Source of the DNA: Candidatus Polarisedimenticolaceae bacterium
GTDB taxonomy: Bacteria; Acidobacteriota; Polarisedimenticolia; Polarisedimenticolales; DASRJG01
Reading direction: 5' to 3'
Length of the DNA: 64,000 bases
NCBI GenBank assembly: GCA_036275915.1
Contig: DASUCV010000015.1
Location: 12,394 to 76,393, forward strand
Part shown: positions 8,385 through 16,845 of the stretch, one piece after another
Position numbering within the stretch: the stretch's first letter is position 1
How the letters are laid out: every line of letters starts with the position of its first letter
The notes under the pieces: generated by a model
Databases searched by the model: none
The model's input: the letters and a program-made list of their open reading frames with translations, nothing else
Told to the model about the DNA's origin: nothing
Made by a program: the position numbers and the translations under genes

Positions 8385-9100
8385 GCGCCGCGCCGCTCGG
8401 CGGCGGCGCCGGCGGCCGCGTCGTAGACGGCGATCACCCAGAGCACGAGCGGCGTCGCGAGGAGCGCGGCCGGTCCCCAGCCGTCCTTGATCGCGCCCGG
8501 AAGAGAGAGGCCGAGGCGTTCGAGGAGCTTGATCCCCGTGGGCGTGACGACGAGCCACGCGGTTCCGAGGAGCCAGACCCCGGTCAGGAAGAGCGCCGCG
8601 CGGCGACGGTGCCCGGCGAGGAGCTGGCCCCAGCCTGGAACGGCGATCGAGGCGATTGCCGCGACGATCGGATGAGGTGCGGTTCCGTCCTGATGCGCCG
8701 CGATCGCGTGGGCGTGAAGGACCGCGGCGACGTGCAAGAGCATCGTGAGCCCCGCGAGCGACATGAACGCGACGACGAGGATCGCCGAGGGCACGTCGAG
8801 GAGGCGCAGCGTCGGGACGATCCGCTCGAGCGTGTCGAGGAGCGCCCACAGAATCGCCGCGCAGAAGCCGACGGCGGTGAGATAGAAGAGACCCCACGCG
8901 ATCTCGCCCGCGAGCATATGGCCGAGGCCGGGGACCACCAGAGAGAGGCTGCCCGCGAGCGCGCCCCCGACTCCGGGCGGCGCGGAGCTTCGAAAGCTCG
9001 AGACCGGCGCGCGGTGGTGGCCGGTCGCCGCCGCGCCGAGGACCGGCCGGCGTGCCTTGGGATCGATGTCGCCCAGGTCGTAGATCTCTTCGTGCACCAT
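8381..9100 (-). CDS. Polytopic membrane protein of unknown function
   Basis: 239 aa with about 6 hydrophobic segments and repeated PGLGHMLAG / PGWGQLLAGHRRRA motifs. A GAGG-type RBS lies upstream of the ATG at 9100. Confidence 0.7.
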   Translation of the reverse strand: MVHEEIYDLGDIDPKARRPVLGAAATGHHRAPVSSFRSSAPPGVGGALAGSLSLVVPGLGHMLAGEIAWGLFYLTAVGFCAAILWALLDTLERIVPTLRLLDVPSAILVVAFMSLAGLTMLLHVAAVLHAHAIAAHQDGTAPHPIVAAIASIAVPGWGQLLAGHRRRAALFLTGVWLLGTAWLVVTPTGIKLLERLGLSLPGAIKDGWGPAALLATPLVLWVIAVYDAAAGAAAERRGA

Positions 9101-9247
9101 GCCCGCACCTCGCTCCTGAAGGAGCGCTCAAGCAACCGCGCGGCCATGTGAGATCGGGGCATGCGGGCGGGCTTTTCGAGCGCCGCTGACGACATCGTCA
9201 GGGCCGGATACGGATTTCGGCGGCGCCGGACGCTATGATCCTCCCTC

Positions 9248-10915
9248 ATGTGCGGCATCTTTTGCCTGCTGAACGTTCCCGAAGGGGCCGGCGCGGGCTC
9301 GCGTGACGTCGCCGTCCGGCAAGCACGTTTGCTCCGCCACCGCGGGCCCGACTGGAGCGGGGTCTGGGCCGGCCCGCGCGCCGTCCTCGCGCACGAGCGG
9401 CTCGCGATCGTCGATCTCCTCCACGGCGCGCAGCCGCTGCGCTCGCGCGACGGCGCGCTCGTCCTCGCGGTGAACGGCGAGATCTACAACCACCGGGAGC
9501 TGCGCTCGGAGATCGGGATCAGAGACGCCTTCGGCACAGATTCCGATTGCGAGGTGATCCTGCCGCTCTGGAGGAGCGACGGTCCGCGCCTCGTCGAGCG
9601 CCTGCGCGGGATGTTCGCGTTCGCCCTCTACGACTCCGCCACGAACGACTGGCTCATCGCGCGCGACCCGATCGGCATCGTCCCGCTCTACGTCGGGCGC
9701 CGCCCCGACGGCGCGCTCGCGGTCGCGTCCGAGATGAAGGCGCTCCTCGAGGTCTGCGACAACGTCGAGCCGTTCCCTCCCGGCCACTATCAGACGAGCC
9801 GCGACACCGCTCCGGTGCGCTACTGGAACCGCGATTGGTTCGACTTCGACGCCGTTGCCGACCGCGACGTCCATCCGAAGGAGATCCACGACGCGCTCGC
9901 CGATTCCGTCCACGCGCACCTCATGACCGACGTCCCGTACGGCGTGCTGCTCTCGGGAGGGCTCGACTCGTCGGTCATCGGCGCGCTCGCCGCCGGGTTC
10001 GCGGGGAAGCGCGTCGAGTCGGGCGATCGCGAAGGGGCGTGGTGGCCGCGCCTCCACTCGTTCGCGATCGGCCTCGCCGGCTCGCCCGACCTCGCCGCCG
10101 CCGCGCGCGCCGCCGAGGGAATCGGCACGGTGCACCACGGCTTCGAGTTCACGGTGCAAGAGGGTCTCGACGCCCTCCGCGACGTGATCTGGCACATCGA
10201 GTCGTTCGACACGACGACGGTCCGCGCCTCGACGCCGATGTACCTCATGGCGCGCCGCATCCGCGCGACCGGCGTCAAGATGGTCCTCTCCGGCGAAGGC
10301 TCCGACGAGATCTTCGGCGGCTACCTCTACTTCCACAAGGCGCCGAACCCGCGCGCGTTCCACGAGGAGCTGGTTCGCAAGCTGCAGCTCCTGCACCTCT
10401 ACGATTGCCTGCGCGCGAACAAGTCGATGGCCGCCTGGGGGATCGAAGCGCGCGTTCCGTTCCTCGACACGCGCTTTCTCGACGCCGCGATGCGCGTGCA
10501 CGCGCGTCACAAGATGGTCGAGGCCGGCGGCATCGAGAAGCGGATCGTCCGCGAGGCGTTCGCCGGCATGCTCCCCGAGCCGATCCTGTGGCGGCAGAAG
10601 GAGCAGTTCTCCGACGGCGTCGGCTACTCGTGGATCGACTCGCTCAAGGCCTATGCCGAAGCGCGCGTCTCCGACGCCGACTTCGCCGGCGCCGCCGAGC
10701 GCTTCCCGATCGGCACGCCGCAGACGAAGGAGAGCTTCCTCTACCGGGCGATCTTCGACGAGCTGTTCCCGGGTGAGTGGGCCGCACGCACGATTCCTTC
10801 GGGGCCGAGCGTGGCCTGCTCGTCACCCGCCGCCATCGCGTGGGACCCCAGCTTCGCCGCCAACGCCGACCCGAGCGGCCGCGCCGTGAAAGGTGTCCAC
10901 AAAGAAGCGGTGTAG
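9248..10915 (+). CDS. asnB: Asparagine synthase (glutamine-hydrolysing)
   Basis: MCGIF N-terminus with the Cys2 nucleophile of class-II glutamine amidotransferases. The SGGLDSS pyrophosphatase loop is present and the length (555 aa) is typical of AsnB. Confidence 0.93.
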   Translation: MCGIFCLLNVPEGAGAGSRDVAVRQARLLRHRGPDWSGVWAGPRAVLAHERLAIVDLLHGAQPLRSRDGALVLAVNGEIYNHRELRSEIGIRDAFGTDSDCEVILPLWRSDGPRLVERLRGMFAFALYDSATNDWLIARDPIGIVPLYVGRRPDGALAVASEMKALLEVCDNVEPFPPGHYQTSRDTAPVRYWNRDWFDFDAVADRDVHPKEIHDALADSVHAHLMTDVPYGVLLSGGLDSSVIGALAAGFAGKRVESGDREGAWWPRLHSFAIGLAGSPDLAAAARAAEGIGTVHHGFEFTVQEGLDALRDVIWHIESFDTTTVRASTPMYLMARRIRATGVKMVLSGEGSDEIFGGYLYFHKAPNPRAFHEELVRKLQLLHLYDCLRANKSMAAWGIEARVPFLDTRFLDAAMRVHARHKMVEAGGIEKRIVREAFAGMLPEPILWRQKEQFSDGVGYSWIDSLKAYAEARVSDADFAGAAERFPIGTPQTKESFLYRAIFDELFPGEWAARTIPSGPSVACSSPAAIAWDPSFAANADPSGRAVKGVHKEAV

Positions 10916-10919
10916 GCCT

Positions 10920-13900
10920 CTACGGCGCGCACGTCAGATTCGCCGCCGGCTGCGGCGCGCCTTGCGAGTTGTAGCCGCTCGCGCTTTCCTGGCAGAGATC
11001 GTAGCTCGTCACCAGGTAGTACGACGATCCGGCGGCGGGCGTGATCTGGACGGAGCGGCGGCCGGCCGAAGCGGGGGGCGTCTGCTGGCACGCCTTCGCG
11101 CCGTGCGAGTACCACGCGCCGAGCGACCCTTCGTAGACGTTGTAGCCGCCCACCTGGCCGCCGAGGTCCTGGAACGAGATCGAGAGATCGCTCCCCACCT
11201 TGTCGACGCTGAGCGGTGACGCCGAGGCGGACGACGAGACCTCGGGCGGCGCGGCGCTCGACGTGGGCGGGAGCGCATAGGTGATCGTGAGCACGGGGCC
11301 GAACTGCTTCAGCTCGTCCTCGCTCGCCCGGAACTTCGTCTCCTGCTGAGCACCGGCCGCGAGCTGGAGCGCGTAGCCGTAGTCGTTCGCGGGATGGGCG
11401 AGCCAGAAGCGGAACGCATCGAGGACACCGGCGCCGCCGAGGACCGCCGGACTCACGATCGAGCCCATCGTGACGACGGCGTCCGGATCGAACGCGGTGT
11501 CGCGCGCGCCGAAGTAGTCGGCCGTCGACGTTCCGTTGACGCCGGCGGCGCGCGCGGCGGCGTTCGGCTGGTTCCACGCCTTCACGTTGAACTCGCTGTC
11601 GCGGTACGTCGCGCCGCCGTGCCCGTTCGTCGGGTTCACCGGGTTCTGCGTTTGATCGGGGCCGCCGTAGTCCCACCAGCGCTGGAGCACGCGCCGCGCC
11701 TCGACCGTCTGCGCATCGCCCCAGAACGGCGCCAGCGCGACGCTCGCGGCGGTCAGGCTCGATGGATTCGAGACTCCGGTCGCAGCGAAGGCGTTCTCCC
11801 ATTCGAAGCGGACGAAGTCGGTGTTCCTCTGCGTGCCGCCGTTGTTCGAGCGGAGCCAGACGGAGCCGTTCGCGCCGGCGACGCTGCCGTACACCGTTCC
11901 GGAGTCGTGCACGGGGACGGTGAAGTTCTCGTACCCTGACGCGCCGAAGGTCACGGTGAGCGTGTCGCCGACGACGAATGTCTTCGCGTTCTGCGGATCG
12001 CTGACGTCGAGGAGGTTCGCGACCCCGCCGCTCGCGCGGTCGGCGACATCGGCGATCGGCCCCAGCGGAACGAGCTGATAGGTCGCGGGGCCGCAGTCGT
12101 GATGCAGGCCGGCGACGGTGAACGTGATGCGATCGCCGTTCTGCGGGTCGAGGACCGCGCCGGTGATCGCGACGTCGGCGCCGCCGACCGCGTGCAGGCG
12201 CCACGCGGCCGGGCTCGCGGCGGCGGCATTCACGCTCTCGCTGAGCCACGCGTCGACGCGTGTCAACGACGCCGGCTCGACTCGCACGACGCGCGGCGGC
12301 GCCGTGTCCAGGGCGGCTCTCGCCTCGGCGGCGGTCGTCGTCCCGTCGATCGAGGCGACGAACTCCGCGAGATCGACGAGCTGGCGGTTCGTGAGCCCGC
12401 CGGGCGTTCCATGAGGCTGCGTGCGCCCCGGCGTGCGGAAATCGATCATCGCCTCGAGGAGCGTCTCGGCGTCCTTGGGCTTCGCGACCCCGACGTACGG
12501 CGGCGAATCGAAGGCGCCGAGAAGCGACGGCGTGTTGACGCCCCACAGCGGCGCCCGCGTGTTCAGCTCCGCCTCTCCGGCGTCATGCCGCTGCCCGACG
12601 TCGTGGAACGTGAAGTCGGTCCATCCGGTCTCGGGGACGTGGCAGGTGGCGCACTTGCCGTCGGCCGGCTTCCCGCCATTCCCCATGAAGAAGGTCGCGC
12701 CGCGGATCGCCGCCTCGGAGAGCGTGCCGTCGGGGTTGCGGTGCGGGCTGTGCGCGAGCGCCGGGAGGTTCAGGCAATAGGTCGCGAGGTCGTCGAGGTC
12801 GGCGCTCCGCCCGGCGTTCGGCGGCCCGAGCGGCGGCTGGAGCTGGGCCGCGGGGATGTAGCCGGTTCCTCCCATCTGGATGCCGCGGAAGGTGTGGTCG
12901 AAGTCCTGGACCTCGTCGCGATCGCCCGAGCGGTGGAGCTGGCCGAGGCCGGTCGCCGGGTCGATCCCGCCGAACGACGCGCCGAGGCCGAGGATCGACT
13001 GCGTCTGCCGAGGCCCGTGCGCGCCCGGCAGGAACTGGAGATCCCACTGACGGCCATCCTCTTCTCCGTAGATGTGGCACGAGCCGCACGCCACCTTGCG
13101 ATTCGACGACGCGCGCGGATCGACGGCCCCGTGGAACACGCGCTCGCCGTTCAGGAACGATGCCGAGAGCGGCTCGGGGGTCCCCGGCGTCACCGCGATC
13201 CGCTTCAGCTCGACAGGCGACGACCAGGTCGTGACGTCGACCTTCGAGACGTCGCGCGAGAGGAGGTTCGCGACGTAGGCGATCTGCTTGCCGCCGATCG
13301 CGACCGGAGCCAGCGCAATGCCGGTCGGGCGGCGGCCGACGCCGACGGCGACCGGATGCGGTGCGACGCCGTCGTCGTACGCCGGCGTCGTCGCCGGCAT
13401 GACGAGGAGGTTCTCGCTCAGCTCGCCCACCATGAAGACGGTGGCACCGTCACCGGTGAACGCGAGATCGGCGGGGCCCGAGACCGGCATGTTCCAGCCG
13501 GGGCCGATCCACGCGGAGGTCGCCGGGTCGTGGACCTGCATCGCCGTCACGATGACCTTGTCGGTGATCGTGTTCGGGATGCGCCGCGTCGTGAGGTCGA
13601 TCTGCCGGAAGACCGCCTGGATGATCGAGTCGGGCGTGATCACGGTCTGGTTGCGGTTCGAGTACTGCGTCGCGACCCAGACCCTCGTCGTCCCCGGCCG
13701 CTGCGCCAACCCGCCGCGGAAGTTGAGGTAACCGCCCTCGGCGACGTTGTGCGCGGGGATGGGATCGTGGAGCGAGGCGTTGTCTTGCGGCCCCGCGCCG
13801 TCGGTGCGCTCCTCGGTCGTCACGCGCGGCGTGCCGCCCGAGACGTCGATCCGGCTCACGCGCGGAAGGCGATCCATGACGTGGAGGTGCGTCACCCACG

Positions 13901-14420
13901 CCGAGACGCCGTCCTCCAGCCATGCGATCCCGAGCGGCGTGCGGAAGGTGTCGAGCCGTGCCGTCACCGTGCGCGTCGCGCGGTCGATCACCGCCACCTG
14001 CGCGCCGCGGAGGAGCGTGACGAGCGCCTTCGACTGGTCGCGCGAGAGCGCGACACCGTACGGGCCGCTCCCCCACGGAAGATCGATGCGCGCGAGGACG
14101 GCGCCGGCGCCGCTCAGGACGTAGACGCGGTCCGAGTCGTGGCAGGCGACCCAGACCTCGCTGCCGTCCTCGGCGACCGAGAGGCCGTGCGGCGCGTGGC
14201 GCACCGGCGGACCGACGGGCGGCTGCGGCAACGGGAACTCGACGACCGCATCGGTCGCCGTGTCGATGCGCGAGATGGAATCGTGATCGGGGTTGACGAC
14301 CCAGACCTTCGAGCCGTCGGCGGTGATCTGGATCGGCCCGCTCTTGAACGAGCGCGCGCCCGCCGCCGAGGCGGTATCGAGTGCCAGGAGAAGGAGCGCC
14401 GCCGCGCACAACGGACGCAT
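10920..14420 (-). CDS. Secreted multidomain protein: beta-propeller repeats + di-haem cytochrome c peroxidase-like domain + Ig-like/DNRLRE-like region + C-terminal 'YYLV' module (1166 aa)
   Basis: Start chosen at ATG 14420 (MRPLCAAALLLLALDTASAAG signal peptide). YVTN-like propeller repeats are present, with two CxxCH haem motifs (CGSCH, CATCH). The upstream part of track ORF 10920..15266 is a frame extension overlapping the next gene. Confidence 0.85.
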   Translation of the reverse strand: MRPLCAAALLLLALDTASAAGARSFKSGPIQITADGSKVWVVNPDHDSISRIDTATDAVVEFPLPQPPVGPPVRHAPHGLSVAEDGSEVWVACHDSDRVYVLSGAGAVLARIDLPWGSGPYGVALSRDQSKALVTLLRGAQVAVIDRATRTVTARLDTFRTPLGIAWLEDGVSAWVTHLHVMDRLPRVSRIDVSGGTPRVTTEERTDGAGPQDNASLHDPIPAHNVAEGGYLNFRGGLAQRPGTTRVWVATQYSNRNQTVITPDSIIQAVFRQIDLTTRRIPNTITDKVIVTAMQVHDPATSAWIGPGWNMPVSGPADLAFTGDGATVFMVGELSENLLVMPATTPAYDDGVAPHPVAVGVGRRPTGIALAPVAIGGKQIAYVANLLSRDVSKVDVTTWSSPVELKRIAVTPGTPEPLSASFLNGERVFHGAVDPRASSNRKVACGSCHIYGEEDGRQWDLQFLPGAHGPRQTQSILGLGASFGGIDPATGLGQLHRSGDRDEVQDFDHTFRGIQMGGTGYIPAAQLQPPLGPPNAGRSADLDDLATYCLNLPALAHSPHRNPDGTLSEAAIRGATFFMGNGGKPADGKCATCHVPETGWTDFTFHDVGQRHDAGEAELNTRAPLWGVNTPSLLGAFDSPPYVGVAKPKDAETLLEAMIDFRTPGRTQPHGTPGGLTNRQLVDLAEFVASIDGTTTAAEARAALDTAPPRVVRVEPASLTRVDAWLSESVNAAAASPAAWRLHAVGGADVAITGAVLDPQNGDRITFTVAGLHHDCGPATYQLVPLGPIADVADRASGGVANLLDVSDPQNAKTFVVGDTLTVTFGASGYENFTVPVHDSGTVYGSVAGANGSVWLRSNNGGTQRNTDFVRFEWENAFAATGVSNPSSLTAASVALAPFWGDAQTVEARRVLQRWWDYGGPDQTQNPVNPTNGHGGATYRDSEFNVKAWNQPNAAARAAGVNGTSTADYFGARDTAFDPDAVVTMGSIVSPAVLGGAGVLDAFRFWLAHPANDYGYALQLAAGAQQETKFRASEDELKQFGPVLTITYALPPTSSAAPPEVSSSASASPLSVDKVGSDLSISFQDLGGQVGGYNVYEGSLGAWYSHGAKACQQTPPASAGRRSVQITPAAGSSYYLVTSYDLCQESASGYNSQGAPQPAANLTCAP

Positions 14421-14501
14421 GACGTCCGTGAAGCTACGGGGATCGGCCTGGTTTGTCGAGCGTGGGTGGATTACGCTTCGCGCCATCGCACGGAGGGAGC
14501 C

Positions 14502-16796
14502 GTGATCCGGTGCTTGGTCGGGGCCCTGGCGCTCGCGTCGTCGTGCGCCGCCTTGCAGTCGGCCCGAGCCGTCGAGCCGCCGGCGACGGTGGCGCCTTCG
14601 CTCACGTCGCTCTTGAACGAGTGCGCGGATCCGCAACTGGGCGCCGAGGCGATCCCGATTCGAGGGGCGACGATCGCCGTCGGCAATTTCGAGATGTCGT
14701 TGACCGATGGCTGGCTCGTCCCGGTGATGGGAGGGAGCCGCGTCTTGGGCGCGTACTTCGAAGGCCACGGGCGGTACCTCTACGACGTCCGAGAGCCCGC
14801 CGATCAAGAGGCGCTCGCGCTGAACCTCGCGCGGATGACGAACAGCCTCCGCGTCACGGCAAGCAAGGTCGGCGACGAGCTCACGAGGGCGCTCGTTCTC
14901 ACGAGCGATCCGAGCCTTCTCGGCCTCGACGCCGGACAGGGCGGCGATCATTCGTGGCCGCGATCGATGGACGACGGATTCCGGACCATGCTGACCCGGG
15001 CGCGCGCGACCGCGACGAGCTCCGGTGAGTTCGATTTCCGTCTCGCCTCGGCGCTCCTCAACGGCGGCCGCCGGTGGACGTACGTCGAGCTCTCCGGCGG
15101 CCGCCTCCCGGTGGGCTACGTCTACGACGACGCTCTCGAAGGGTTGGAGCGGCTCCTCGGTTTCCGCAAGCTCGTCCGCTACGACGTGCGCTTCGCTCAG
15201 ACGCTGAGCGAGCACGGACTGCCGGGCTGGGATGCGGGGCGCCGGCTGAACGTGGTGTTGCGCCACGCCGACATCTCCCTCGTCACGATCGACAACCGAT
15301 CGGCGACAATCGACAGCGACGTCACCCTGCGCATCCCCGAGGCGAGGACGCGCGTGATCGACATGATGCTCATGAACAACCGCGACCCGGACTCAGCGAA
15401 CTGGAGCTCGACGCGCCAGCAGCTCCGGGTGATGCACGTCCGCGACGCCGACGGCCGCGACCTCCCGTTCTCGCACAAGTATCACGAATTGATCGTCGAG
15501 ATTCCGACAACCTCCACAGCGGATTCCGAGCTGCACCTGCGGTTCGAGACCGAAGGCGAGATCCTGCTCGATGCCGCCGGACGGCACACCGACGACTACT
15601 TTTCCATCTTGAACTACCCCTGGTACCCGAGTCCCGGCAGCCCTGCGGGTCAGCAGTTCACGTACACGCTCAAGGTCAAGGTCAAGAAGCCGTGGGAGCC
15701 CGTGACCTCCGGACGGGAAGTCGCCCGCATGGACGACGGGACGTTCGTCACGGTGCAGTCGCGGTCCGATCAACCTTCGATGCTGGTCGGCGTGATGGCG
15801 GGAAAATTCTTCAGCAGCAGCGTCACGACCGGGCGCACCACGGTGCGCGTTCACTCGTACGCGTGGGACCGCAAGGACGTGCTCGAGAAGCTGCCGAAGC
15901 TGGCCGGCGCCATGCTGGACCTCTATACGAAGCTTCTTGGACCGTTGCAGTCGGACGAGATCGACATCGTCGAGTACCCGGGCCGGGTGCCACGGCCCGC
16001 GGCGGGGCTGGTCGTCATCGACCCGATGGCGTTCTCGAATGTCCATACCTCGGCCGCGAGCGGGGTGAACGCCCGCCTCGCCCGCGCGCTCGCGTTCCAG
16101 TGGTTCTCGCAGAAGGCGATGCCGATGAACCCCGAGGATCTCTGGCTCGCCAACTCCTTCGCCGATTACTACGCGGGCCTCGCGCTGAGCGCGCTCGACG
16201 TCCACCACGCCGGCACCGTCTACGGCTTCGACGACCTGCTGACCGCCTGGCGCGTCGAGGCGAAGACCTGCGCCGATAGCGGCACCATCGCGACTGCCTT
16301 TTACCTCGGCGGCGAGGACGGCGCGCGAGACCGGGCGTGCTTGCTCGACAGCCGTGGGCCGCTCGTCCTCCACATGCTGCGGACGATGATCGGGAACCAG
16401 AAGTTCTTCGACGCCACACGCAAGTACCTGGATGCGGCGAACTACGGGCCAGGGACGACGGATGGATTCACCGACGCTCTCTCGAGGGTCGCCGGCGAGG
16501 ACATGCGCTGGTACGTCGACCAGTGGGTCCGGCGCCGCGGCGACGCCCAGGTCACGTTCGAGCACCACGTCGACACCGGGCCGCACGGCTACCGCCTGTG
16601 GGGAACGATCCGGCAAGCGCCGGGCGCCGGCTTCAAGAAACTCCTCCTCCCCGTGGTCTGGAACGACGGCGGCAGCGAGGTCGGTAACGTCGTCCTCGTC
16701 GACGAGCCGGAGGAAAAGTTCGAGTTCACCCTAGGGGCGAAGCCGGCCTCGGTCCAGCCGGATCCCCACCATACGAACTTGGCGGTCTACAAGTGA
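14502..16796 (+). CDS. M1-aminopeptidase-like protein, predicted catalytically inactive paralog (764 aa)
   Basis: GTG at 14502 sits 5 nt after GGAGG. It has a signal peptide and is collinear with the downstream M1 peptidase. However, HEIAH is replaced by RALAF (16083-16097), and the distal Zn-ligand Glu is replaced by Asn (WLANSF). Confidence 0.85.
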   Translation: MIRCLVGALALASSCAALQSARAVEPPATVAPSLTSLLNECADPQLGAEAIPIRGATIAVGNFEMSLTDGWLVPVMGGSRVLGAYFEGHGRYLYDVREPADQEALALNLARMTNSLRVTASKVGDELTRALVLTSDPSLLGLDAGQGGDHSWPRSMDDGFRTMLTRARATATSSGEFDFRLASALLNGGRRWTYVELSGGRLPVGYVYDDALEGLERLLGFRKLVRYDVRFAQTLSEHGLPGWDAGRRLNVVLRHADISLVTIDNRSATIDSDVTLRIPEARTRVIDMMLMNNRDPDSANWSSTRQQLRVMHVRDADGRDLPFSHKYHELIVEIPTTSTADSELHLRFETEGEILLDAAGRHTDDYFSILNYPWYPSPGSPAGQQFTYTLKVKVKKPWEPVTSGREVARMDDGTFVTVQSRSDQPSMLVGVMAGKFFSSSVTTGRTTVRVHSYAWDRKDVLEKLPKLAGAMLDLYTKLLGPLQSDEIDIVEYPGRVPRPAAGLVVIDPMAFSNVHTSAASGVNARLARALAFQWFSQKAMPMNPEDLWLANSFADYYAGLALSALDVHHAGTVYGFDDLLTAWRVEAKTCADSGTIATAFYLGGEDGARDRACLLDSRGPLVLHMLRTMIGNQKFFDATRKYLDAANYGPGTTDGFTDALSRVAGEDMRWYVDQWVRRRGDAQVTFEHHVDTGPHGYRLWGTIRQAPGAGFKKLLLPVVWNDGGSEVGNVVLVDEPEEKFEFTLGAKPASVQPDPHHTNLAVYK

Positions 16797-16845
16797 TCGC
16801 GTCGCCCGGTTGCGCTACGCTTCCGGCCATCTTGGGGGGATCGTC

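Noticed and set aside
12099-14501. 5' 800 codons of track ORF 12099..16796
   Set aside because: This part is antisense to the propeller/peroxidase gene and has shadow-frame composition. The real gene starts at GTG 14502, behind a GGAGG and with a signal peptide.
14421-15266. 282-aa N-terminal extension of the track ORF 10920..15266
   Set aside because: The extension is Arg-rich nonsense that overlaps the start of the + strand M1-like gene. A clean signal peptide begins at the ATG at 14420.
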